DNA of 61,171 nt from Octopus bimaculoides (lineage: Eukaryota): contig NC_068990.1 in assembly GCF_001194135.2 (NCBI RefSeq), forward strand, positions 87,552,591 through 87,613,761, read 5' to 3'. The notes beneath the pieces were generated by a model that had not been told where the DNA came from, searched no databases, and saw only the letters and a program-made list of their open reading frames with translations. Shown here one piece after another: positions 12,653-25,404 of the stretch (position 1 is the stretch's first letter; each line of letters opens with the position of its first letter). Both the position numbers and the translations under genes were made by a program.

Positions 12653-14075
12653 ACACGGGCACACACATAAGGACACGAACACATACACGCATCTATGTTA
12701 ATCCAATTACAATATTCTTTCATCCATCGTTGTACCTTAATATTTTTTCTTGGTAGGCCATCACTACTAAAAGCAAGTGGTTCGATAAATACCCTATTTG
12801 CATCTTCCTCACGTTTCATTTTTTTCTCACGCCTTTGTGTAAAGCAGAAAAAATAATGATAACACGATTGCTAAATACGTTAGGCCAACCTTTAATGTTG
12901 TTATTGGTACGTTGGAAATTATAACGTACACGTTCATACGTATTCCAACATCGTACTGGAAATGATCGTCTTTCACAACACACAGGTAAATGCATGTAAA
13001 TTCAAAGTAGTCTGTAAAAGTTTTACGCAGATGTTCAGTTTTTAAAAACTACCAGCAGGTACTAAACAAGATTTCCGTTATACCCTGTCTAATAATTGGT
13101 GCCTGCTCATTTGAGTTAGCAGGGATTTTCCCCTCATTCCGAATACGGTTATTCCCGCTTCAGTCCGTGTTGGATCTGCCGTCAGTTAGTTGGTGCTGAA
13201 TTTCATTTCGATCAGATGATATTCAACTTTGGAATATGGGTCACATCCCCAATATATGACATTGCCGACAGTTTTGTTGCATGAAAAGCTATTAAGAATC
13301 AATTTATGCTATCCTCTTCTATTCAGCACTAACTTCATCGTGGCTATTCCCCCAAATAATCGATATCCAGCAGACACAGGAAGACCTAATGAGTTTTGTA
13401 CCATACTTTCTGAGGTTGGTCTGAAGATGAATTGCCACAAATTTATATCCAATAACAATCACAAATCATATGGCTGTTGACAAAAACATATCCAATATAA
13501 TAAATATATTAACAAAATGATTGTATGAAATGCCATTTTGCTAAAAAGTCGTTTGATGAAAAATCATGATAACATTTATAGGTATATATACACGCACAAG
13601 CATATGCAACACCCACCACACATACAGATATGCATGCACGCGCACACTCACAATCATAGAGTAAACAAACTGCTTCCTTAACCAAAAGAATCACGGTTAC
13701 AAATCATTAATAACATCTCACTAGCAATCTACATTTAGATCCACACACATCTGTTTGATTGAGTGTGTACGTGTGTGTGTATGCATTGTGCTTGTGTGTG
13801 TGTATGTACGTGTGTATGTGTGTTTGTGTGTGCGTATGTGTGTGTATGTAAGATTCTTATCCGGGAATCGCCTTAGTCAATCGTGATGCTGAACACACAC
13901 ACACACGCGCACACAAACACACACACACACACAAAACAAACACACACATGCAAACAATGACATACAAGTGTGACTATTGCTCGCCTATATATCGACAGAT
14001 GCACACTTGTGTGAGCATCGATGTAAGTTTGTATGTGCACATGGGCATTTCGTGTGTGTGTGTAGAGAGAGGCAT

Positions 14076-14170
14076 GAGTGTATGTTTCGAGTCGCTTCGG
14101 CTGCAGAGTTTCCTTTTTTGTGTTCATAAAGCATTATGTGCCTTAAATGCTCTTTGGGTACTTCTATGTT
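14076..14170 (-). mobile_element. Mariner transposase N-terminal (HTH) fragment
   Basis: EVPKEHLRHIMLYEHKKGNSAAEATRNIH matches the mariner/Mos1-type N-terminus (KEH.RH..L..F.KG..A.EA.R.I). Confidence 0.8.
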
Positions 14171-15021
14171 AGAAAGGGTTTTAATCAAAGAAATTTTAAT
14201 TCTATTATTCTATAAAATAATATTTAATTAGTTTAAATGTACACAAATGCATAAAAATAATTTTTAATTCCATTAGACATTCTAAAATACTATTAAATTT
14301 CATTCAATTTTAAAATAAGTAAAATCGGACAGAACTTATGGCATGACCTGATACATGTGTATGCATGTGTGTGTGTGTGTGTAAATATGCTCATTATATT
14401 TGTACATAAATATATGCATAAACATTTCAGTAATGTTGATTATTGTTTCAGTTCGCTAATTATCCAAAGTATCGTGCCATCTAATCGTCTTTTTTTTTAT
14501 AAATGAGGACAATTTTCCTGACATTCAGTATTGAAAAAAGCAGCGCGCCGGTTTGTATTTCCAATTTGTCTATATTTTCTTATATTCGATTCCTTTTTGC
14601 TAGCGAAAAATTTGTTGAACGAAAAATTTTTAACATGAGCTTCTTAATGTTGCCGTTCTCCATTTTATGATATCCTTTTCAATACAAGATCAATGCTCCT
14701 TTTAGGTATTTACCATTACTGCTACTTTTAGCTACAGATTGCTGCCAGTCGATGTTTTAAGGCTTGCTTTTTATACTAGTGTTGACGTATTTCTTGCAGT
14801 TTCAACAAAGAGTGTTATATCTTTCCTGAAATATTTTACGATAGTTATGATTAATTGAGAAATATTTCTATGTTAGTGTTAAGATGTCCTTAGTTACATT
14901 CGTTAGTACATTCTTGTAGAAAGCCAAGTTCAACAAGATGATATTACATTTTCTATGTTTGCTACATTGCTGTTGGCGCCGATGCAAGAAGTTGATCTTT
15001 TCTTTGAATCGACTTCCATCT

Positions 15022-15213
15022 TGTGTGTTATTCTATCACTTGGCAGCTTTGTTGAACACGGCTCTATCTAATGAATATATCGGTAATTTTCTGACTATAT
15101 TACATTTCATTAAATGGTGTTTGTTGAATAGTTAGGGCATTGCTTTATGTAAATTAACTTTTCGTTCCGATATTTATATGACTAATATAACCGGTATCTA
15201 ATATAATGTAATA

Positions 15214-15262
<49 letters not shown>

Positions 15263-15798
15263 NNNNNNNNNNNNNNNNNNNNNNNNNNNNNNNNNNNNNN
15301 NNNNNNNNNNNNNNNNNNNNNNNNNNNNNNNNNNNNNNNNNNNNNNNNNNNNNNNNNNNNNNNNNNNNNNNNNNNNNNNNNNNNNNNNNNNNNNNNNNNN
15401 NNNNNNNNNNNNNNNNNNNNNNNNNNNNNNNNNNNNNNNNNNNNNNNNNNNNNNNNNNNNNNNNNNNNNNNNNNNNNNNNNNNNNNNNNNNNNNNNNNNN
15501 NNNNNNNNNNNNNNNNNNNNNNNNNNNNNNNNNNNNNNNNNNNNNNNNNNNNNNNNNNNNNNNNNNNNNNNNNNNNNNNNNNNNNNNNNNNNNNNNNNNN
15601 NNNNNNNNNNNNATTATATTGGATACCGGTTATATTAGTCATATAAATATTTGAACGAAAAATTAATTTACATAAACCGATGCCTTAACCATTCAACAAA
15701 CACCATTTAATGAAATGTAATATAGTCAGAAACTTACCGATATATTCATTAGATAGAGCCGTTTTTAACAAAGCTGCCAAGTGATAGAATAACACACA
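15022..15798. repeat. 186-bp inverted repeat arms (15022-15207 / 15613-15798) around (CT)n and a gap
   Basis: Manual reverse-complement alignment gives about 11 mismatches in 186 nt. Confidence 0.9.
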
Positions 15799-15831
15799 CA
15801 CACACATACGCACACACAAATACACACACAC

Positions 15832-15892
15832 AAAATCAAAATAAGCAACAGGATATCAAGTACTTGATATCCCTGTTGCTTATTTTGATTTT
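15832..15892. repeat. 61-bp loopless palindrome
   Basis: AAAATCAAAATAAGCAACAGGATATCAAGT|ACTTGATATCCCTGTTGCTTATTTTGATTTT, with one bulged base. Confidence 0.9.
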
Positions 15893-15979
15893 ATTCACCT
15901 TACTTCGAGCTGTGCGAATAATACCAGACTTACTTGGTGCTTCAACTTAAGTATTTAATTCAACTGAATCTATATATAT

Positions 15980-16262
15980 ATTCTTTTATTTGTTCATTTG
16001 ATTTCGGCCATGGTGGAGTACCGCCTTTAGTCGATCAAATCGACCCCAGGACTTATTCTTTGTAAACTCACCAGCATCCTTTGTCAAGCTATGTTGGGGG
16101 GACAAACACAGACACTCAACCATATAAAAATCCACTCATAAGGCTTTGGTCGGCCCAAGGCTATAGTAGAAGACACTTACCCAAAGTGCCACGCAGTCGG
16201 ATTGAACCCAGGACCATGTGACTGGAAAGCAAGCTACTTACCACACAGCCACTCCTGCACCT
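15980..16262 (-). mobile_element. tRNA-derived SINE, family B (head plus tail)
   Basis: Head TGGCTGTGTGG...GGTTCAATCC. Tail TAAAGGCGGTACTCCACCATGG...AATAAAAGAA. Confidence 0.88.
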
Positions 16263-17693
16263 ATATATATGTATATGTTCGTAGCCATTTTAAGATGGCT
16301 GTCTGTTCGAACAGACTTTACTGAGACATTTTAACATCAAGAGGACATCTCCTCTAGCTGGTTAACGATGCACAGCTGCAGCTGAGATATTGCGAGCAGT
16401 GGAGCGAACCACTACCACCTTCTAGCGACGGGACCAGCAGACCAGTCTTGTCTCGGGCTATTTTTGCTTCTCTTTAATATACTTATAGATAAAAAAAAAA
16501 AAAANNNNNNNNNNTATGTTTATGTATACACACACACATATATATGTGCATAGATATGCATATATATGTATCAAATCAGGAAATCTTGATTTACCTCGAA
16601 GTGTTCTGTTATACCTTTCCGTTCTTTCCTTTCTCCTTATATACGATAGTCAGTTCCTAGTCACTCGCTCACACACTCTACATTCCGCTGTAGACTCTTC
16701 TAATATACTTGACCACATTATCTTACTCTACCGAATTTTAATACCGGATAAGTATCTCAATTGATTCTTAGCTTCTTTATGATCACCGTTCATATTTTCC
16801 CTTTCAAAAATTTATTATAAGGATGGTAATAAATTATATACATTTATCCGTTATATGCAACAGAAAGCAATTTTAGGCTAAACTAGTCATTTGTGTTTCA
16901 TACTCAATACAAATACATTATAGACGTGCTGTGTTCAAAGACATGAATATACAAGCAGCTGTCGAAACTAGTCCGACAATGGCGTTGGGAATGCTAGATA
17001 CTCATTTCTCCCTCATTACGCTTAATTAGTAGTATGTATTCACTGCCAGCTGCATGCTAAGACAAAATCCGTTGTTAATATAGGAAAACAGTGATTAAAA
17101 ATGATTGATTTTGTAATTAACGGAATAAAAAATCCGTTACATGGAACAGAAGTAGTATTAGATTAAAATAGCCAGCTGTGTATCATATTTAATGCAAATG
17201 CGTCGTAAAAATTCAAACTAATTANNNNNNNNNNTATTGACGTAGCGTATATAAAAACATTTATACATCAGTAGCAGACGAAAATCATACGTTAGCAGTG
17301 GCGAGAATGCTAGATACACATTTTTGTTTCGTGGGGCTTTGTTAGCAGCATATAATTCCTCATACAATCCCCATATATACAACCCCAAGACTGCCCTTTA
17401 CCGTAACGGCCAAGCCTAACGCATATAACCATTTTGATCGGTTTCACGTTCCAACTCTCTTCCTCTAACAACTCTTAACAGAGTTGTTGTTGTTGTTGGT
17501 GGTGGTGGTGGTGGTGGTGGCGGTGTTGGTGGTAATTTGTATGTAGGGGTGGGTGGCGGGTCATTGCTACTTCTTTCGTATTTTCTGTTAAGCATCGGCC
17601 GTTTTCCTCTTACATGTAAGGTTTCGTTATTTATCGCAATGTTGCGTGATCTGAGTGTGTGTCAATATGATTTTGCATTTCTCTACTGCTTAG

Positions 17694-17705
17694 TACATGC
17701 CACAG
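17694..17705 (+). CDS. Candidate 12-nt microexon TACATGCCACAG (YMPQ in phase 0)
   Basis: Acceptor ttttgcatttctctactgcttAG and consensus donor CAG|GTAAGT. Frame-preserving, with all three frames open. Confidence 0.38.
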
Positions 17706-17829
17706 GTAAGTAATTAGCACGTTGACAGATTGCAGGTGGATGTCTTTTTACCTTGTTACTCCTGCTAGTAATCTTCCATAGTCTACGCCAAACAAAACGC
17801 GAACAAAATAGTTTCTCTCTCTGTCTCTG

Positions 17830-17864
<35 letters not shown>

Positions 17865-18012
17865 AACACGTGTGCTTACATACATACATGCACGCACACA
17901 CTTGTATGAATACACACACACACACACACACATACACATTACTTAATTACTTAATGTCGAACGAATGAGAAAGGAGAGATGAATGCATGTTCTAGATGAT
18001 ATAGTTTTTTTC

Positions 18013-18115
18013 ATTAAAACTGAAGCTGCGACTTTGTCGACTCTAGTTTCGCATCAGTGCGATCATGAGACAAGAAACTCGGGTCGTGAGACAAACTCGC
18101 AGCTTCAGTTTTAAT
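18013..18115. repeat. 103-nt hairpin (MITE-like or pri-miRNA-like)
   Basis: Outer arms ATTAAAACTGAAGCTGCGACTTTGTC / GACAAACTCGCAGCTTCAGTTTTAAT match 25/26, with an inner stem of 10/12. Confidence 0.8.
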
Positions 18116-18171
18116 CTATATACATACATACATACATACATACATACACATATACATACATATATATATAT

Positions 18172-19450
18172 TAATAATTTAGAGAAGAACCACCATGGTG
18201 CAACTCAAACGATGAAGGAGGTCAGACACCATCAAGAAAAGCGTACTATACAAAATACTAGGTTAAAAATCTAAAAAAAATCCAAGAGAAAATTTGTGAT
18301 CCATAAAATCTATAAAATATTAAACTAAAAATTTAAATCAGTTTAGAAAATTTATAAAAACGAAAGTGAATGAAAGACTTCTCTTGGATTNNNNNNNNNN
18401 NNNNNNNNNNNNNNNNNNNNNNNNNNNNNNNNNNNNNNNNNNNNNNNNNNNNNNNNNNNNNNNNNNNNNNNNNNNNNNNNNNNNNNNNNNNNNNNNNNNN
18501 NNNNNNNNNNNNNNNNNNNNNNNNNNNNNNNNNNNNNNNNNNNNNNNNNNNNNNNNNNNNNNNNNNNNNNNNNNNNNNNNNNNNNNNNNNNNNNNNNNNN
18601 NNNNNNNNNNNNNNNNNNNNNNNNNNNNNNNNNNNNNNNNNNNNNNNNNNNNNNNNNNNNNNNNNNNNATATATATATATATATATATATAATTAACATA
18701 ATATGGTAAAAATTCGATATTAATTAATATCAATTTAATACCATGAAACTAGCACATTAAAAGAATCAGAAGGTTCAGGAAAAAGTTTTTTCGAGATCCT
18801 AAAAAGATTATAGTATTTGTGTATATAAGATTGACCAGTAACCGGTCTGTCAATATGCTAGAAGAAGTGTACTGGAGAATAAAGTGTACTGGATTTCAGA
18901 TAAGTGCTCCTGATATGAGAAATGTCTGAAACCTTAAAGGTATTTAGAGATTCAATTAGAGTGATTAAATATTAGAAAGTGAAAGTAAGGAAAAGTATAT
19001 CATAAAGATCACAGGAGAGATACGTCCATAATATAAATGATATTGCATGAATAAATAAATATATATAACATAACTATAATTATTTAAAATTATGGGACTT
19101 CTATCTACATATAGCCATTACGGATTCTTTCGAAGGATTTTACCATGGATTTATACCATTTTTTTTTTCAAAATTTTTAGCCCAAATTTGTGCCAATACA
19201 CATCTACATCAATGACTTTTTAAAAAACACCTATATCATACGATTTTAAATAGCATCTCTATCATTCCATTTACTACACGAAATTTCATCCATTTCTCTG
19301 ATGAGTGGATATACTTCCTAATAATGGTTATCAACTTTGGATTTCATTTCCAAAGGTACTATATACATGAAACGATCGTAAGATCTCTCAAATCTTTTCA
19401 AATAATCATACACATACTTTACATATCTATTTATTAATACGATATTATTT
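18172..19450 (+). mobile_element. Probable decayed Penelope-like element (gap inside, 3' region carries a hammerhead motif)
   Basis: The 5' part recurs inverted at 38431-38545. Weak GIY-YIG-like VYIRLT near 18820. Hammerhead motif at 19295-19383. Confidence 0.45.
19295..19383 (+). ncRNA. Minimal type-I hammerhead ribozyme motif
   Basis: Stem I TCT/AGA; core CTGATGA (19298-304); stem II GTGGATATA / TATATACAT (8 of 9 pairs, G-U closing); GAAA (19369-72); palindromic stem III CGATCG; GTA cleavage triplet (cut after 19380). Confidence 0.7.
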
Positions 19451-19606
19451 ATATTATGGACGTATCTCTACTGTGATTTTTATCATATAATTTTTCCTAA
19501 TTTTACTTTCTAATATATACATACATAAATNNNNNNNNNNTACGTGTAAATGTGTGTGTGTATATGTAACTATATATATATACACACATTTACACGTATA
19601 CGCATA

Positions 19607-19652
<46 letters not shown>

Positions 19653-19654
19653 TA

Positions 19655-19690
<36 letters not shown>

Positions 19691-19769
19691 TGTATGTATG
19701 TACAGACACACGATAAGGCTTCACACATTTTCCAGCTACTAAAACCTCGAGGAATAAGGTTTTGCTATA

Positions 19770-19860
19770 GTAGCAGACTTGCTTATGGTGCTGTGAGATG
19801 TCGGGCCCAATCTCGAACCATATGGTTGCCAAGCGAACTATTTATTCATACACACATGCC
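19770..19860 (-). mobile_element. SINE family B head, diverged
   Basis: Similar to 16170-16250 (GCTATAGTAG..GACTTGC...ACCATATGGTTG). Confidence 0.6.
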
Positions 19861-19999
19861 AGCGCTCATTAACTGATACCTCATCACTGATACTTTGTTT
19901 TCTTATCCTATTTGTTTCAGCTCTTTCATTTCATCACAACTAATTAAAACATCTATTATTCATTCAAGGATTAATTTTCTTTCGATTATCAAGAATTTT

Positions 20000-20690
20000 G
20001 TCGGCTGTTATAATTTCTTCAAAGGGTTCTGTTAATTCAAAACCACTTGTGTCTAATAATAAAGTTTGTAATGGTTCCACCTCTTTGTACTGTTTTATGA
20101 TTAATATTTTAATTTTTTAATATGTAGTTTTGCATTTTCGTTCTTTTTGATTGATTACACCTTATGATTGATTAGAGTCACAGACAGATTAGATCTCATG
20201 TTTATTCCCAGCATATTTATTGCCATCTCTACCTATATCTGCAAATGATAAACTCAAACTTTAACTCTATTTCTAGCGATTAATATCTTTCGAGGATGAG
20301 AATACAATCATTCTCGTTATTATACATGCCTCTGGATAAACTCCATGATATTGCTCTAAAAGATTCGTGCTTATAGGCAATAATTAGTTTACGCTGTTCT
20401 GCAAATTCAAATAACCTTACACCCAAGTTGTTAATTTTTTTCACAAGCTATATTTATTAACTGTTCCTTTCTACGTATCATAAACAACTGATTCAATATT
20501 TGCTTTCCAGTCACCTTGAATCTTAAACTATGGCTTTTTCTTTTTTGCATTGTTTGCAGATCTTTTTCTAGATCTTCGTGAAATTTCACCCCATCTTAGT
20601 CATTGTAATTGCTAGTTGAAGCATACATTTCGATGATTAAGATGTTGTATGGATTAGCTGCCAGTCATACTGTGTATATTCTACCAGTGC
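20000..20690 (-). mobile_element. LINE (RTE-like) AP-endonuclease remnant
   Basis: The minus frame has AANPYNILIIEMYASTSNYND*DGVKFHEDLE and IQGDWKANI...KGTV, then RLFEFA and ADIG motifs typical of APE domains (IIQVYAPT, GDWNAK, RLLEFA, ADIGSDH). Stops and frameshifts are present. Confidence 0.8.
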
Positions 20691-21017
20691 AAGGCTGACA
20701 GCCGGAATTAAATAACATACAAATCAACGTAACGTAGTTATGAATAAAAGTGTGTGTGTGTGTGTGTTTAATAAACATATATTTCTTGAGCATATTTTAT
20801 GATTTCTATGTGCACATATATTACGTATATATATATATTAATACACGCGCTCAAGCACATTTATAGTACATACATATATACATGCATATATACATACATA
20901 CATACATATATATACACATATATATGCACATGTATATGTATGAGTGCGTATGTATATATATTTCTGTATATGTGTGTGAACGTATATATGTATATATATA
21001 TATACATATATACCTAT

Positions 21018-21022
<5 letters not shown>

Positions 21023-21111
<89 letters not shown>
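21023..21111. repeat. (CA)n(TA)n microsatellite at the end of a longer TA/CA-rich tract (20810-21111)
   Basis: Directly visible. Confidence 0.95.
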
Positions 21112-21689
21112 ATTTCAGCTGATTCACAAAAAAGCGATTAATTACAGAACTCAATATGGACATGTTGAGTGTTTTGGAATATTTTACGAAGGCTGTCGAG
21201 GAAATGCCAACCTCTACATTTTGTTTTAAAATTGAGAGAGTGGTTCTTATAAAAGCAGTTGTTTCAAGCTCGGGTTATCCATTACTTTCCTGGCTCCCGT
21301 CGAAATAGACCAACACCTTTTTACCCTTTTTATCTTTGCATGTGGAATTACCTTCTCGTACAAGTGAAGTCACTCTAAGAACTGTGCTCATGAGATACCT
21401 TCTTCAGGCTCATTTTCTCCTTTTCCTTCCTGGTTCTCACGGAAATACTCCCGGCATTGTAATTATCAAAACCTCATGAAAGTGTGATAGCTGTAAGTGC
21501 TATTCTCTAAAATACTTCTTTGTTCTTATTTAAGCAATTCTTTGAAAACATTTTGAAATATTTCTTTTTAGCCAAACCAGGTCACTAATCAAAGATACTT
21601 GTAATTACACAAAAGATACTTAGTTTCATGCATAAAAGATGCTGACAGTTCTGTTTGTTTATTCATCCCCTTATTTTCCTGAAACAAAA

Positions 21690-22300
21690 TCCTTAACTTT
21701 TCGCTCAAACATATCCCATCAATTTTAATTGTTATCTTAAGTTACCATTCTTGTAGGGTTGTTCCTTATCTACAATTTCCCATTTGATTTTGAATCGATG
21801 GGGATTGACTCACGTAAGGACCATATAAATTTCAACATACCATATGTGCATATTTATCATTAGTTTTCTTTGTGAGAGTGTACGTTTGACTATCATATAT
21901 TTTTATATTTTTAACATTCTCTCTTTTCTGACAATCCGGCCCCTTTGATTTGGTTAGTCAATAAAAAAATCTACCACCATTTCCTCTTATATGTCAATAA
22001 TGGTGATAAGTATAGACTCTTTCATAATCAGCTCCAATGACAGATACACTTCTCACTACACACATTTCTCCCTAGCACTCCAGCTCATTCCGTTTTGTGA
22101 ATTAATGAGTTTGGATAAGTTTACATACTGTGAAGAGAAAGGGTGACGTTCCGTAGCTGACCCTTCATCTGAGAGGATTTTCCAAGTGAGGGCTGCAAAT
22201 AGGGTGGTGATGAGGAGTTGTAAACTTACGAAGTGGATGTAGTTGATGTACAAATATTTTTAAAAGGCATTGTCTTTTCGTATTTTCGTGTAACTAGAAG
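21690..22300 (-). mobile_element. Penelope-like element remnant (linker and GIY-YIG endonuclease C-terminus)
   Basis: Minus fragments NVTLS..NLSKLINSQN and FIWSLRE...KIKWEIVDKEQPYKNG match Penelope-like motifs (YIW.LK...IKW.I..A.PY..G). Confidence 0.65.
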
Positions 22301-23830
22301 TCGAGGATACAAAGCACAAAGGTCAGACTAGGGGCATGGGGGAATAGCGAATATAAGTGTACTAAGCGATTAGTGAGAGAATTTTTTAAACTCACAGCCT
22401 TGCCAGCACTCATTAGCTAACTGATGATATTCAATTACTGTTGTTGCGTTTTCTTATCGTCTCTGTTTCAGATCTCTTCTTTCATCGCAGCAGATTGAAA
22501 CATCATTATTTATTCGAAGATTAAATTTTACCAACTATCAGGTCGGTAGCTCTTAGTATTTCTTCCCAGATATCTATAAATTCTTGAACATATTCATCTA
22601 ATAATAATGAAGGTATGACTGTTCCTCTTAACCGTGCTTGAAATTCTGGTGTTTTAGCTTATGAATATATATTTTTTAATTTTAAGTTCTTATTTCTAAA
22701 TTTTGTTTTCTTCTGATTGATTTCAACTTAATATCTATTATCACTATTAAAAGTTTGTCGTCTCAGCCTGTATTTATATCAAGAAATACTCAATTTTTAA
22801 CATCGTTTATACTCGACTGATACTTTTTAGGAAGAAAACAAAACCGATTCGGCTATTATACAAAGTATCGTAGCCTGAAGAGAAGCAAAGGAGCGACCTC
22901 TTCTCCTCAACACGCGCGCATTCTGCTTCAATCCTTTCGTTTACTTTTAATCGCCTTGGGAAAACTTTCTCAACTCATTACTTTATTCGACCAACATCCC
23001 AATGTATTGAATTATCTACTCGATCTCCTATGATGCGTTGGTGGAGAAACAAGACAAATCGCGATATCATAACCTTCTCTCCGATTCTGGACAATCGCAT
23101 TGAGTTTCATCTTGATCTTGTCATAAGTCACAACTTTCGTAAGTAATAACTCTATTACTGAAACACGAAATCACTAATCACAAAATACAAATATGCAAAT
23201 GTATGTTTCACTGGGCAGAAATTGTAACCTCGATTTTATTTCACTTTTGCAAGTTTTTCGCTCTTTTCTGTGCATTTTAGCCCGTGTCCATTGCGTGACA
23301 TTGCCTAACACACTTGTCCCATGTCAGAAACTGGCAATTTTGAAATCATTATTTCACTATGTTTTATAGACGCAACGTATTTTCAATACTACCCTGTATT
23401 GCATAAGTGACAGGTGACATGTCGTTATTCTTGGCCAACCAAGAAAATGCTCCTTCCATCTCTTCTATCTCTTTCTTTCCCTCTCTTTCTATCGCTTTGC
23501 CTCCTCTTCTGCTCCTATCTCTCGCTCACTTCAGCTTCGGGTTCTGAATTTACATCCCACCCTCTTTCTTCCTCTTTCTCTCCCTCTTTCTCTTTCTTTC
23601 AATCTTCCATTTGCTTCGAACACACGATGAGAAAATCTCCAACTGATTTTGCATTCATAATTGAATGACGAGTTCTAACAGTTTCGACAGATTCTGTATG
23701 AGGTGTGCAAAATTCAACAGAAATTCTGAATCACGAGATACAAACAAATCCTGTGCTCACGCAGTGACAAAGATTGCTTAACTGAAGAAAGAGCGCTAAT
23801 TCGATATAAATGAAAACCTTAAGGTTTGCC

Positions 23831-23995
23831 ATGCCGGGTAAAAAAGTTTAGCGGCATTTCGTCCGTCTTTACCTTCTTAATTCAAATACCGCCAGGTTCG
23901 ATAAAATAAGTACCAGTTGAGCACTGGGGTGATGTAATCGATTTATCCCTTTTCCCTAAACTGCTGGCCTTGTGCCAAAATTTGAAACCGATATT
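23831..23995 (+). mobile_element. SINE family A, 5'-truncated and internally deleted
   Basis: Shares TTAGCGGCATTTCGTCCGTC, GATAAAATAAGTACCAGTT and the GGCCTTGTGCCAAAATTTGAAACC tail. Confidence 0.8.
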
Positions 23996-25404
23996 AATGC
24001 AAGCCTTTGCTGCTATTTCTAGCAATTCATCGCATTACAAATTTTCAGTTCCCTCCAATGACTGAATATGTTCCGTACTCTATAACTGAATATGCATTTT
24101 GACAGTTTTATGTTTTTATTGATCATACACTGTAAAATATTCTCTTGCAGTATATAATTTTACCTTGTTTTACGCATAAGCATCGCATACTTCTTCGTTC
24201 TAATTGTTTACCCTCAGTATTAAATCATTGTTGCTGATAGAACATCGTTGTCCAACATACGCTTTCTCGAATTCACGTAGATGTATACATGCATGTGCAC
24301 GGTACTTAATATTTTCTCCTCATCTCTGTCAATGTTTATAGGCGGCTCTATATAAATGTGCGTTATATCTGACTCTCTTGCATAGAAGTCATCTCTTTGT
24401 CTTTCTCTCTCTCTGTCTCTCTCTCTTCATATTTCCCTTGATGATTTGTGTTTATTGATTATAACCAGTTTGTGTTGTTAGATAAACTCTGATAATCCAA
24501 GTACGACTTTCGTGAAGACAACAAACGAACAACGAAAATCAAAGTTTAGTATTACTTCAACACTGGAATAAAGAAAAAAGAAGAAATTGCTTTCGTTTTG
24601 GATTGCTTTCCTTTAAAGAACGAACAGCAGAGAAGATAAGGGCAAGAAGCCCAAAGGGGAATTTGTAGTAAACATTCAGCTAAGATGTAAAGCTAAGAGA
24701 CCCGCAGTAAATATATATCGGTCATGGGCAAACGAATAGCTTTTGTGCGCCTGAATGAAGTGTGTATGTAGGTGCTTATTCGTGTGGAAGATGTGCATTC
24801 CCAAGTGAGTACGTGGATGTAAGGCAGTGTGTATGAATATATAATACGTATGTATAATGTTTGTTTATGCTGTGGTAGTTTGTGGTGTGTTTAGTAAAAT
24901 GCGGCGGTGGGGTATTTGTAAAGCTCTTTCGAAGGAAAAATAGGGCGAAACTGAGAGGGAGAGAGTGTGTGTGTGTATAATGTTTGCATTTTCAGATATA
25001 AACAGTTAAAGGAAGGAAACCGATTATTTAATCTATGATGTAGAGCCCTTCCGAGGTGACAGATGAGTTGTTGTTCTCATCGGAACGGGAACACTGGAGA
25101 ACCATGGTATAAAACGAGATGTGAAGTTCGGTGAATGGAAATGTTGGGCAAATCGTAAAACAGTGTTGTTAAATCGGACTTTTTGAAGGTTCCTGCTAAA
25201 CCTATCGGCTAATCCCTGCCAAATCTTGTCTACATAATGCTAGTGTCATAGTCGGTATCTAATCCAGTAGGGGAGTTTTCTGTGGTGCGAGTGAACCGAT
25301 CTGTTATATGAAAAAATTACATTTGTTATTCTTATTCATGTAATTGGCCGCAGCCGATGCCATAATGAACGTACCGTTTTTATCAGGATCGTAACCACGA
25401 GCAA

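Noticed and set aside
22056-22253. Apparent minus-strand exon with AG and GTATGT sites
   Set aside because: It lies inside the Penelope-like remnant, where NLSKLINSQN matches the linker motif.
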